64,000 bases of DNA from assembly GCF_006345805.1 (NCBI RefSeq), contig NC_043014.1, positions 29,450,001 to 29,514,000 of the forward strand, given 5' to 3'. Within the stretch, counting starts at the first letter, position 1. Every line of letters begins with the position of its first letter. The stretch comes from Octopus sinensis (lineage: Eukaryota). Positions 52,203-64,000 of this stretch are shown here, piece by piece. The notes under the pieces are model-generated. The model saw only the letters and a list, made by a program, of their open reading frames with translations, did no database searches and had not been told where the DNA came from. Both the position numbers and the translations under genes were made by a program.

Positions 52203-53030
52203 GTATAACATCTGGACTAGATGGTCTCAGATACAAAACTATCACAGGTTACGTAGAAAATCAAGAGTAGCTTTGATTGCTAATAGATGGTCTCTTATGT
52301 ATCGCTATATCGCTTATGTATCGGTAGAACATCTGGTTTAGCTGTAAGTGTTGCAAGATATAGTGAGGAGTATAACTATGAAAGATTAGGTAGAATGTCT
52401 GGATGGATATTATAAGGGGCACAACCGTCAATGGTTAGGTAACACACTTGCAAAATAGCTGTGATTATTAATAGATGGTCTAAAGTGTGTAACTGTGAGA
52501 GAAGAGAAAATAACTGGTACTAGCTGCGATTACAAATAGATGGACTCAAGTATAACATCTAGTAAAGACGAGATAGAACAACTGGTGATTTAAATGATTA
52601 TTGGTATACGGACGCATACGACGGAGTAGGAGAAATACCTTTGTGACAGCAGTCGATGTTAATAAATGAACCCAGAAGATGAAACAGCAGTGATTGTTCA
52701 TATATGTTCCTACGCAAAGAAGGACAGTAAACCATTTGATGATAACGATAATTACTCCCAGACACCCGTATTGAAGTACTATGACAGAATATGCAAACAA
52801 AAAAAAAATGCATAGATGAGTCCAGATAAGAATTTATGCTAATTTAGAACTTATGGAAAGTTTCAGATGATGACGTGTGGCACGACTGATGAACTGTGCA
52901 GAGCAGTGATTAACTATATAATTATGCGAGGACCTTTCTTTGGTTAGAACATCTAGAGATAGCATTGATTGCTGGTACGTGATCTTAGGCGATGACCTGA
53001 TACGTTAAAACATTTAGCAGTGATTACAGA
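52203..53030 (+). repeat. Degenerate dispersed motif array (TAGCTGTGATTRY.AATAGATGGWCTC / RTARAACATCTRG)
   Basis: Copies at 52203, 52268, 52324, 52456, 52521, 52945. Confidence 0.55.
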
Positions 53031-53290
53031 TTGACAGTTATCCTCAATGCAAAGAAAGATCGCTGTCTTCAACAGCCGGAGAAAGTCAACGATCACCATT
53101 TAGCGGGAATCTTTTATCCACCACTTCAACACCGGAGCATCACAGTGACTATAAGTTCTCCCACCTACCAAATACAGTCAAACCTCTGCGCTTTTCACCT
53201 CCTAACATCTCTAACAGTTCGAACACTCTCTCCTTCTCGTATTTTATCACTTGTTTCACTCTAAAAGACATATTAAACCACAGTATTTAA
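53030..53290. other. Unique island with open frames on both strands (candidate exon)
   Basis: Plus 53030-53290: 86 aa S/T/P-rich, after CAG. Minus 53260-53169: VKQVIKYEKERVFELLEMLGGEKRRGLTVF between TCTTTTAG and G|GTAGGT. Confidence 0.25.
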
Positions 53291-53694
53291 GTTTACAGAG
53301 CATGGCTAAATGCATGATTACACGTTCGTAAATTTACTTCGTATTTATACTTAGCCAATAGCTATATAGTGCTTCTATTAATTAATTAATTTACCTTCAC
53401 AAAGTTTGCACTATTATCCAATTATGACAAACCACGGAGCTTCAGTCCAAGCGTGCATGCACTATAAATAACTATAAGCTACTATTCTCCGAATGAATAA
53501 ACTATCACGAGGAAGATTTATCAAAAGCTGAATCTAGTATCAACGATCACTTTTAATAGACACGGTGAATGAAAAAATGTGGCTTTACTTTTTCACAACA
53601 TAGTGTAGTGAAAGTACGCAATTGGAAACACACGCTCGTAAGTTTACCTTACATTTATATTTATCTTAACTTTGCGTAGGTTTCTATATGTATG

Positions 53695-53748
<54 letters not shown>

Positions 53749-53767
53749 GTATGTGTCTGTCTGTCTG

Positions 53768-53799
<32 letters not shown>

Positions 53800-54475
53800 T
53801 GTATGTATGTATGTGTGCATGTGCACAAAAACGCACAACTACATACCCACACATTTATAAAATATGCACAAGTAATGTCAAGTGAAAGTACAAGATTTTC
53901 ATATTAAAGTAGGTATATATGCTTTTATATGTAGGTATACATGTATAGCGAATTTGGCGTTTTATACGCTGGCATATACGCTATATACGCAAACATATAC
54001 ATATAAATATGTACATACACACACACCACATATGTGTGTCTGGATGTATGCATGTATGTATGTATGTATGCACAGTTACATAAAGCCAGCTACATACATA
54101 CCAACATTTATATATATGTGTGTGTGTATATATATATGCATCTGTATGTATATGTGTATGTATGTATGTATGACTGTATGTATGTATACATGCATTTATG
54201 TATACATGTATGTATGTATGCATGTATTCTTTTATTATTTTACTTGCTTTAGTCATTTCACTGCGGTTATGCTGAAGCACAGCCTTTAGTCGAACAAATC
54301 GGTCCCAAGGCTTATTCTTTGTAATCCTAGTACTTATTCTAAGTTAAGGAGACGTAAATACACCAATATCGGTTGTCAAGTGATGGTAGTGGGACAAACA
54401 CAGACACACAAGTACATACATACGCACGCACCAACACACACACACACCACACACACACCACACACAACACACCAC

Positions 54476-54520
<45 letters not shown>

Positions 54521-54744
54521 GGCAGTCTTCTTTCAGTTTCCGTTTACCAAATCCACTCACAAGGCTTTTGTCGGCCCTAGGCTATAGTAGAAGACACTCG
54601 CCGAAGGTGCCAAGCAGTGGATTGAAGCCGGAACTATGTGCTGGGAAGCAAGCTTCTTAACCCACAGCAAATCGTGAGCTTATGTATATAGTTGTTTATG
54701 TTTTGTTCAAGAGAATTACCAAATATTTAGTGACAGATAGATAA

Positions 54745-54817
<73 letters not shown>

Positions 54818-55110
54818 TAGATAGAAACCTTTATTCTTTAATTCTTTTACTTGTTTTAGTCACAAAACTGTGGTTATGCTGGAGCACTGCTTTGAAGAAT
54901 TTTGGCCGAAAGAATCGACCCCAGTATTCATGTTCGCCCGAGGCACTTGACAAGGTGCCACTTAGTGGGACTGAACCCAGAACGATGTGGTTGGGAAGGA
55001 AACTTCTTACCACACACACATACCTGCACACACAGACACACATATATATACGTGCATACATTACAATCATGTATACTCATATATACCAAATCCTATGTAT
55101 GTATAAAAGC

Positions 55111-55144
<34 letters not shown>

Positions 55145-55614
55145 CGTGTGTGTGTGTGCGTGCGTGTGTGTGTGTGTGTGTGCGTGTGTGTGTGTATTCG
55201 TGTGTGTGTGTGTGTATCTATGTGTATATATATATATATATATATATACACATCTACATATAAATACATACATATATATATATATCCATATACTTACACA
55301 CATACAAGCATGCACACACATATATTCACACATTACATTCATATATATACTCATATATACCAACTCATATGCATGTATAATAGCCACACAAACCCACACA
55401 CACACACACACCATATGCATATCTGAGAGTTAAACTAAGAATATAAATGACTGAAATTTTCAGTCAATTAAACTACGATACAATGTGTCTGTAGTTTATT
55501 TGATTGAAGGACAAAAATAATCGTCGTGGAAAGCAATGCTGGATATGTGGCGAACAAGTGTATGTGTGTTTGTATTTGTATGTCCGTGCATCTCTCCATA
55601 TAGGTGTGTGTCGG

Positions 55615-55714
55615 NNNNNNNNNNNNNNNNNNNNNNNNNNNNNNNNNNNNNNNNNNNNNNNNNNNNNNNNNNNNNNNNNNNNNNNNNNNNNNNNNNNNNN
55701 NNNNNNNNNNNNNN
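55615..55714. other. Assembly gap (100 N)
   Basis: Run of N. Confidence 1.
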
Positions 55715-56352
55715 TCCGGACCCCTGTAATGAACCCATTTGCATATAGCCAATCAGAGCTCATCTTGAAAACCCATATACTGTGTACTACTACAGTACAG
55801 CCAGTCAGATATAGAATAATGTATGTCACTCTGTGAGGACTGCATAGCAGGTCTCACATAAGCACCACATTCTCCTCCCCCTCACCATCCTCAATGATCA
55901 ATTGAGCACCATCTCTATATGGAGCTAACATTAAGTACCTATGCTCAGACTGAGATTAGTGATGCTGCATGTACCCATTGATATATACTAGGAGGGCGCA
56001 ATACAACACAACGCCATATTGATGACAATGTTTCCAGATCAACACCAACATTTTAAATTAGGAATGTACAAAATCTGTCAAAAAATTAGGAAACTACACT
56101 CATTTACATTTTCCAGTAAATTACGCAAATTGGTAACACTTATGGCATCATCGGTAAGCAGCTTTCCATTCACTTTATACACCAAATTTCCCATTTGTCA
56201 CTCCTATTAATCCGTTTAGAACAGTTAGATTTTGCTATTACACACATTTTCCACTGAAGTCAACCAGAGTATTTTCGTGACTAGGTGGACACTAGTTTGA
56301 TAGTTAAGCTCTGATTGGCTGTATGCAAATGAGTTCATAAATGGAGTCCGGA
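55715..56352. mobile_element. Non-autonomous DNA transposon with about 46-bp TIRs
   Basis: TCCGGACCCCTGTAATGAACCCATTTGCATATAGCCAATCAGAGCT vs AGCTCTGATTGGCTGTATGCAAATGAGTTCATAAATGGAGTCCGGA; left end and TSD lost in the gap. Confidence 0.8.
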
Positions 56353-56559
56353 ACTCTCGTGGGAAAAAATTAGCGCCCCTCACGTGAAATTTTTCTCCCA
56401 CGAGAGCTAGAATAAGTAGCAGATTTAAAAGTAATAATTACTGACATGGATTTCTTCAACAAGAACCCTACAGGGTAGATCCCCAACATGGCCGCTACCC
56501 AATGACTGAGAAAAAAAGGATATATACGAGTGTAATGGGTGCGTGTGTATATGCATATA

Positions 56560-56870
56560 TATATACAACTGAAAATGTGTTTCTGTCTGTCTGAGTGTCT
56601 GTATGTGTGCATCACTAAAACTCGAGAACTACCAAACTGATTCCATTTAAACTTTACACATGCCTTATTTAGGGCCCATGCAGTGTCATGGGCTCAAAAA
56701 AAGTTTCAACTTCTTGCCTAATGCGAATCCGGAGCAATCTCTTATCTCTTACACTATTTCATTATTACATGTCAAAAGGGGAACAATAACATCTATATTG
56801 TAATGTGAGATAATACTTTCAGTTTAATACTTTCACTATTAACACTGAAACTATTCTCTCACATATATAC
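56560..56870 (+). mobile_element. Non-autonomous Helitron-like repeat (family of 9590-9850)
   Basis: CACTAAAACTCGAGAACTACC...ACTTCTTGCCTAATGCGA shared with the 9590-9850 copy. Confidence 0.7.
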
Positions 56871-57479
56871 ATGCATATAGACACACACACACACACGCAT
56901 ATATAAATTCATACATGCATATAAATATACATAGATTTATATGTATATATAGATATAAGCATGTATGTATATGTATATATATATTTATGTATATTTACAT
57001 ATATATATATATTTATATTTATGTATATAAGAATGCATGTGTATATGTGCATATATATATGTGTGTGTACGTATATATGTGTGTATATATATATGTGTGT
57101 ATTTAGAGATCTATATGTATATATATGTATATATATATATATATGTATATGTATATATATATATATGTACATATGTATATATATATATATGCTATATATA
57201 TAAAAATATATTTGTATATATATACGTTTATAGATGTATATACATATGTACGTATATATATATCTATACATATATATGTATATATACATATATACATATA
57301 TATACATATATGTATACATATATATATATGCATATATGCATATATAAATGAATATATACATATATATATGCATATATACACATATATATATGTATATATA
57401 CGTATATGTATGCATATATACATACATATGTGTGTGTGTGTACATATATATATCTGCATATAAGGGTGAAGGACGTTAC

Positions 57480-57648
57480 AAACTGTAAACAACATGAAAT
57501 ACGAAAACAAATGAGTTGAGTACGCAAACAACGATAGAAACAAATGGAATACAGGACAAGTTTGTAAGTTGTCCTGTTTTCCAATTGTTTCATTCGTTGT
57601 TTGCGTACTCAACTCATTTGTTTTCGTATTTCATGTTGTTTACGGTTT
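57480..57648. repeat. Long inverted repeat (about 80-bp arms, 9-nt loop)
   Basis: 57480-57559 pairs with 57569-57648, with about 49 bp perfectly complementary; a third arm copy lies at about 58315-58385. Confidence 0.92.
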
Positions 57649-57734
57649 ACATATATATATGCATATATATATATTTATGTATATATGTACATATATATAT
57701 ATCTATATATGCATAAATATATTATTTAAGTTAT

Positions 57735-58385
57735 CATTTGATTGAACGCCATGCATCCATTTCAAAGTAAATTTATCTTAATATTTTTGATTCGTCTCTA
57801 CCCTTTACCGTTCTCTCCCCTCTATCGTTTTCTCTATCGTCCTTTCTCTAATTCCATTTTCCTTCCCCTCACCGTTTTCTCTCTCTCTCTTTCCCTCTCT
57901 CACTCTACCTCTCTCCCTCTTTTTCCTTTACTTTCTCTCTTGTTGCTCACATGTGACCATCGTCCATCCGTCTTTTCCACACGTGATCATCTTTCTTTTC
58001 TTCACTGCTGTCGTAGAGACTGCACGTATCCTATCTGTCTTTCTCTTCTATCTTTTCTCTTGTCAAAGACAATATTTCTCCACCGTTCACTACTTAACCT
58101 CGCCTTATGTAACGCCCTCTATATTTGTTTTCGTTCGGTTTTCTAGTATGTCACCACTGTCCTGTTTTTGTTACCAGCTTTCAACCTCCGCAAATCCCAA
58201 ATTTTATTATTGTTTTTGCGAGAGCAACTGCCTTCGAAGTCTCATATTGTCATTCAATGCTTGAAATGAGAAGTAGATAGACATCTGACAACTGATAGAG
58301 GGTCTTTCTTTATGTTACTTGTCCTGTTTTCCATTCGTTTCAGTCTTTGATTGCGTACTCAACTCATTTGTCTTCGTATTTCATA
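57735..58385. mobile_element. Probable Penelope-derived non-autonomous remnant
   Basis: Pyrimidine-rich body resembling 8890-9310; ends in the same arm sequence as the 57480 hairpin. Confidence 0.45.
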
Positions 58386-58399
58386 TGTATGTATGCATA

Positions 58400-58640
58400 T
58401 ATGCGCATATATTATTTGCAATCACCGTGGGAGCAGGGACAGCCGAGGAGGGACGGATTCGGTCAGCGGAGAGCAGAAACGTCAGATGCGTAAAGTCAGA
58501 GAGCCGCCTGCACCAGTAGCACTGCCCTACCCACTTCTGCCCACCTGGGAGGGGCTTCCTTGCCCGGATTGCCTCACCAGCCACCTCCGGTCTCATGGCG
58601 GCAGTTCCATCAGATGATGTCAGTTGGTCATCTTCGAACG
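58400..58640 (+). mobile_element. RTE-clade LINE 3' end
   Basis: With frameshifts HFCPT.GRGFLARI.LTSHLRSH; tail GTCATCTTCGAACGAAGGACG then (ATT)n. Confidence 0.85.
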
Positions 58641-58658
58641 AAGGACGAAAATTATTAT

Positions 58659-58693
<35 letters not shown>

Positions 58694-58714
58694 TGTGTGT
58701 GTGTGTGTACATTC

Positions 58715-58870
58715 CTCAAGTTGACATCTATGTCATTAATATATGCAACAAACAGTAGGTGTTCAAGAACGGATCCCTGTGAAACACCAGATGTCATCTC
58801 GTAGGATGAAGAATGATGTCCTAGAACCGTGACTAACTCTTTCCAACCGAGAATGAAGCGAGGAAACACA
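58715..58870 (-). pseudogene. CR1/Jockey-group RT fragment
   Basis: MTSGVSQGSVLEHLLFVAYINDI. Confidence 0.85.
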
Positions 58871-58899
58871 CCCTTGTGCCTTTGAGATCAGCCGAGTGG

Positions 58900-60065
58900 T
58901 CACTGCTACCTACTTACTTTGGCAAACGTTCGGCCAGAGTAAGATTATGTAGAGTGTCCCCAGAAATTGATGTGGCGTGGCTGGTGGCAGCCATCCTCTA
59001 TAACACAGAGGAGGATTCTCAGGTGTAGAAGATATCAAGAACGACGGAGGTGAGCTGGTGGGGGTATGGACTGGATGTGTTGGTCCATATCAGCCTGCTG
59101 GACCTCCACAAAATTGCAGAAGGGCTGGTGCTACCAGATGAGACAAGATTAAGAATCGTCGTAGAAGAAAGACCTCCGGTATGTTATTTATGTGGAGGAA
59201 GGAGACACATGAAAGCAAAGTGTCCCCAGAAACACGAACAGGAGGAAGCGTCAGGGATAAGGGGACGCAAATGCGGAGGAGGAGGAAATGGTGGTAAAAT
59301 ATACAGTGGTAGAAAGAATGAAGAGTATCGTGGAATCTCCACCTAAAAAGAAAAAAAGGCAGAAGAGAACAAGAACGAGAAAAGAAGGAATGAGTAGCCA
59401 AGTGAGGAACGAACACGAAGACCGTTGCCTTCAACTTGTAAGGAGGAGGAAGGACGGAAGAAGAAGAGACATGAAAGTGAGAAGGAAGGACAAACAGAGA
59501 CGGGAATACCAGCAACAGAGGTAGAGAGTGGTGAGGTACAGCAGAGAGGGGAAATATGAAAGAACTATGAAATACGAAGAGGAAATATGAAAGAATTATG
59601 ATTCGTTACAAAAAGAGTGTAGAGATAGAAAAGAAAATTTCAAAATTGAAATATGTAGTGAGGTTTAAATGGCTGACAGAGATGAGAAAGCGGTGCTGTT
59701 AGAGGAAGATAGAGCAAGAAGGTTGTAGGAAATATTTGGCGACAGGATAGTGATGACAGGAATTCGATTTCGTTACGATGAATTGCCATCAGTGGTAATA
59801 TTTGATGATTTGATGGAACATTTGGTGTGACATTGTGTGGATTTTAAACAAAAGGAAAACTAACCAGATACAAGACTGATAAGCACACACTTTATTTAAA
59901 AAGCAGTAAAATGGAACTACCTGCTTTGGGGAGTAGGAAAGCCATTTCATTCTCATTTCATTTATATTCATAATGCATTCGTTATACGTTTTTATGTATC
60001 CCAATGTATTGTTTTGTATGTCCTTGTGGTGTCCCTTCTTTATAAAGGCCATGAGCCTAAATAAA
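58900..60065 (+). mobile_element. L1/Tx1-like element copy A: ORF1 remnant with CCHC knuckle, no recognisable RT
   Basis: PTYFGKRSARVRLCRVSPEI.VAWLVAAI...WWGYGLDV...RPPVCYLCGGRRHMKAKCP (knuckle 59182-59223); AATAAA at 60060-60065. Confidence 0.7.
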
Positions 60066-60079
60066 AGAAACAAACCAGG

Positions 60080-60815
60080 TTTAACCCGAAATTCTTGAAA
60101 TTTTGTGTTGCGGATAGTTATCCTTTGTTGCTGGTCCTCCCTAGCGGGGTGCCTATTAATTGTTTGAATTGTAAGATTGTTTTGCTTTTGTTTTGTGGGT
60201 TTTCTCTCCTAGTGGGGAAAAAGCTACAATGGAGAAAGAGCAAGCGCGTACAGGGTGCTACGCAGGAGTAGTGAAACGTGAAAGTTTTGCGGAGGCTGTA
60301 AGGCAGTTGGAAGTAACGGAAGTGGCTGTGGACTTGGAGGCAGTGGAGAACAGCCGAAATTTATTCAGGAGAGAGGGTGCAAAGTTAAAACTGATGCCAC
60401 CAACGGAGGTGACACCAACAAGGAACTGACGACAGTGGTGTACAGAACCCTGTCATTACTAATTAGGAAAAGAGAAATTGCGAGAGATGAAGTTGAAGAA
60501 TACCTGAATAAGTTGAGCGATAAAGTCGAATTTTTCTGTAGAGGCAGGAAATTTGGAACGGTGGAGGTGCGCTTCTCGACAGTGGAGGAAGCAGTAATGC
60601 ATTCCACTGAAGCCTTGAAGTCGGAGCCAACTTATCTTGGAAAGAGAGTAACAAGAATAAGAATTGGCAAGGTGCCACCGGAAATCAAGGAAATGTGGTT
60701 GCTGGCAGCCATTATGATGGACATGGAGGACGACCCACAGGTTCTACAAGTGAGCTGTATAGAACAATCAAATTGCTGGGGTTATGGCATCGAGGTCATG
60801 ACCCAGGCCACATGT
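60080..60815 (+). pseudogene. L1/Tx1-like ORF1 copy B, N-terminal part
   Basis: ATG 60229 MEKEQ..YAGVVK..SFAEAV; frameshift near 60430; RRM-like GTVEVRFSTVEEA; PTYLGKR.TRIRIGKVPPEI..WLLAAI..WGYGIEV is paralogous to copy A; truncated by a SINE at about 60822. Confidence 0.7.
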
Positions 60816-60989
60816 TACCACGCTTGACAACCGATGCTAGTGTGTTTATGTCCTCGTAACTTAGTCGGCAAAAGAAAATGATAGAATAAATGCTGGGCTT
60901 ACAAAGAATACCATTTAAGGTAGTGCTCCAGCAAGTCCGCAGTCAAATGACTGAAACAAGTAAAAGACTAAAGGAATAAAAGAATACTG

Positions 60990-62570
60990 TTCCCCAAATC
61001 TCTCATTGTGACTCCGGGATTGCACCTCGGATCTTGTATGTGCGGGCTGCGGTGCATTTGTGAGCTGGTAACGCAGTGCTTGAAATTTTCCTGCATTAAA
61101 CTGCATGTTTTCTTGAGGCCACTTGCATATTGCATTTAAGTCCCATGGGAAGTCCTGCAGCCACTCTCCCAGTTTACCACCTATGCCAAGTTCACGCAGC
61201 TTTGGGACATATCTTGCCATGACCCACCTTATCAAAAGCCTTTGCGAAGTCAAGATATATCGCATTGAGAACTGAATAGTCAAGGTGTCCCAGTCATAGT
61301 GCTATTAGAGCTGTGTGAGGAAGCTTCTTCCTGGGCGTTATCAATTTCTTTATGACGATTCGTTTCATGACTTTACTGATATTCGAAGTCAGAGAGACTG
61401 GCCTACAGTATCTAGCCTCTGCTCTATTCCCACATTTATGGATAGGGCATATAATGCCTTATTTTAACTTTTTAAGAAGTTCACCACTTGCAAGAAAACT
61501 GGAAAAGCATCTGAACTGCTTTCGCTAAAGCCGGCTTAGCTGATTTCAGGACAGTAACGAGGAAACTATAGGGACCACTTGATGAACTTAAGTGCATTTC
61601 GTTTATGACCGCTGTTACAGTTTCCTCCCTAACGTCGATATATTCGATGGTTGCTGCCTTTTTCTGCAGAGTTGTAATTTTAAAGAATTCAAACGGTTTC
61701 TTTATCTGCATCTGTCCAATGTGTCAATACAACTTCTGGCAATACCACTTCTACGTATCTGACTATCCTCAAATTTACCTTCATGTTTTGAGGCATTTTG
61801 TGGGCGATATGGTGTGCATATAACTACATCAATTTACTTTATATGTATTGTTAAGGTGATACAGCACCAGCGGTATAACATATTCGCGCAGCTCTTACAT
61901 GATCTTTCTCTTCTGTCTGTACGAAATACAACACACCAAGGTACGTGTATTACTACATCTGTTATATGAGGAGTCAAATACGTCTCTATGAATTTGATTG
62001 CATGCGGCAAGCTCTTTCACATCGATTATTTTACCTTTGTTACTGAGTTGTAATAGACATCCAATATTTAGTAGGCTTATGGGTGCAGTATATGTGTAGG
62101 TGTTACTGATGTTAGTGGTGGCCATCCTGGGTCCATCACCTGTGGTGACTTTGTGTATTGAAATGCATGGCTTTGATTTTGCATCTTTTGTCGCTATATC
62201 AGCTACTGTACTATCTTCTGGACTATACTCAAAAATGCTCGCAGCTCGATAGCTGTAGTTGGCACAACCTCTGCATATTGCCTTTTGAGTGGTGCAGAGG
62301 GTATGTGTTGATTCCCTTTCTTGTTCTTATGAGATCTGTGGGTTCATAGTACACCAGTTGGTGTAGTATTATGAACCCACAGGTCCATATTTGAAGGTCT
62401 TCCTTTTCTGTGTTCTTGCTGGTTTCTCGTGGGCAGTCACCCTGCTTGTTTTTCCGATAAGGCTTGAGATACGCAAAGTTGCAGTATTTTCCCTTTTTTC
62501 AATGCCACTGGATGCTATTTAAACAGGATTTACAGACAATCTAGGCTCCATCAGTTTCTGTCCATGAGTT
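60990..62570 (-). mobile_element. Fragmented CR1-clade LINE
   Basis: YRPVSLTSNISKVM, (Y)LDFAKAFDKV, LRELGIGGKLGEWL, DLNAICKW..NMQFNAGKFQALRY; internal deletions. Confidence 0.8.
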
Positions 62571-62866
62571 TGTCTTACTTAGATTTTGTTTTAAGTTTCG
62601 CACTGGAAAACATCATTTTTGCTGACTGCGATTATGAGTGTGTGTGTGTGTGTATGTAACTGTGCACATGTATCTGTAAGTGTATCTATGTGTACATTTG
62701 TGGATGTATGTGCATGTGTACATGTATCTTTTGCATATGTGTAAATGTATGGCTCTGTTAATGTCAATGTAAACATGAAGACTGTTATGTATATATAGAA
62801 TAAAGGCGAAACAGAGTGAACGAATCTGTCTTTCAGTCTATGGCTTTTTTAATAATACCTCAACTG

Positions 62867-62923
<57 letters not shown>

Positions 62924-63373
62924 CTCTCTTCTCCCTCCTTCCATTAGTAGATGGCTTGACCACTCTTCGCACGGAGTTAAAAACAAAACAGTGTCGATTC
63001 TTACTAATCATGTATTTACCTCTGCACATCTTTTTACTGTAATTCATGATCAGTTACATCGTTAGATATATGAGCACAAAATATTGTCAGACAGGTCATT
63101 TGATAGTTCGAAACCATGTTGAAGGTAAGTGTGACAATTAGTGTTTCTGCACTATGACTTCCTCCGCTGAGATAGTTCCAATTACAGCTTTCGAAAGTTT
63201 ATGTATTGACGGTTGAGTGCAGGATCCTATCAAATGTGTAGGTCTTCAGGCTGGGCATTGAAAGCACATTTGCAAGTTTGAAATTTTCAATCCTTATACA
63301 ACGAAGTCCTTTTCTTACTCTGATTGCAGTTTAGCACTCTGTTGCTACTAAAGATTTCTGTACATTTTATAGT

Positions 63374-63619
63374 GTGGAGGCGCAGTGGTTAGGGCAGCGG
63401 ACTCGCGGTCGGAGGATCACGGTTTCGATTCCCAAACCAGACGTTGTGCGTGTTTATTGAGCAAAAACACCTAAAGCTCCACGAGACTCCGGCAGGGGGT
63501 GGTGGCGACCCGTGTTGTACTCTTTCGACCCAAAATTTCTCTCACACTTTCTTCCTGTTTCTTGAGTAACGCTGCGATGGACTGGCACCCCGTCCAGCTG
63601 GGGGGAACACATACGCCAC
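63374..63619 (+). mobile_element. SINE head K with tail B, 3'-truncated
   Basis: Homologous to 44841-45132. Confidence 0.88.
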
Positions 63620-63824
63620 GCAAACATATATACACATATACATATATATACATAGGACGGGTTTATTAGAGTTTCCGTCAACCAAAAACACTCACGTGGC
63701 ATTGGTTTCAACGAGGCTATAGTATAAGAAACATGCCACGCAGTGGGTATGAACCCGGAACCATGTGGCTGGTAAGCAGGCTACATACCACACAGCCACT
63801 CCTGCGCTTATGTGCATTTATATA

Positions 63825-63875
<51 letters not shown>

Positions 63876-64000
63876 ATATTTATATATATGTAAATACATA
63901 TATGTAAATAAAAAGATCTATACATATTTTTGCATATATATGTAAATACATATGTACACAAATATATGCATACATATATGTGTATGTAAACAAATATAGT

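Noticed and set aside
52885-52915. Hammerhead at CTGATGA-ACTG..CAGT
   Set aside because: Followed by GAT rather than GAAA, with no helix III or helix I.

Overview
Repeat-dense, AT-rich animal nuclear DNA, most likely an octopus or other coleoid cephalopod. This assignment is inferred from my recollection of octopus SINE families and the extreme microsatellite load; no database was searched. No intact, confidently identifiable host protein-coding gene is present. Nearly all long ORFs in the track are microsatellite artefacts (poly-[16 protein letters not shown]) or decayed transposon coding remnants. Recognisable content: at least three tRNA-derived SINE lineages whose head, core and tail modules are visibly shuffled; mariner and maT (Tc1/mariner) relics and MITEs; hAT-type MITEs; Helitron helicase remnants and non-autonomous Helitron-like elements; Penelope-like (GIY-YIG) remnants and pseudo-LTR-like repeats; RTE, CR1 and L1/Tx1-like LINE fragments; and a 100-N gap. 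Best leads: (i) four minimal type I hammerhead-ribozyme-like motifs in Penelope-type terminal repeats, best at 37601-37638 on the minus strand; (ii) a TATA + Inr + signal-peptide exon + phase-1 donor cassette at 37063-37220, suggesting an unannotated secreted-protein gene; (iii) the SINE module-exchange network; (iv) compact motif clusters (four MRE cores; a perfect IR1 nuclear-receptor palindrome). All gene-like calls are hypotheses.
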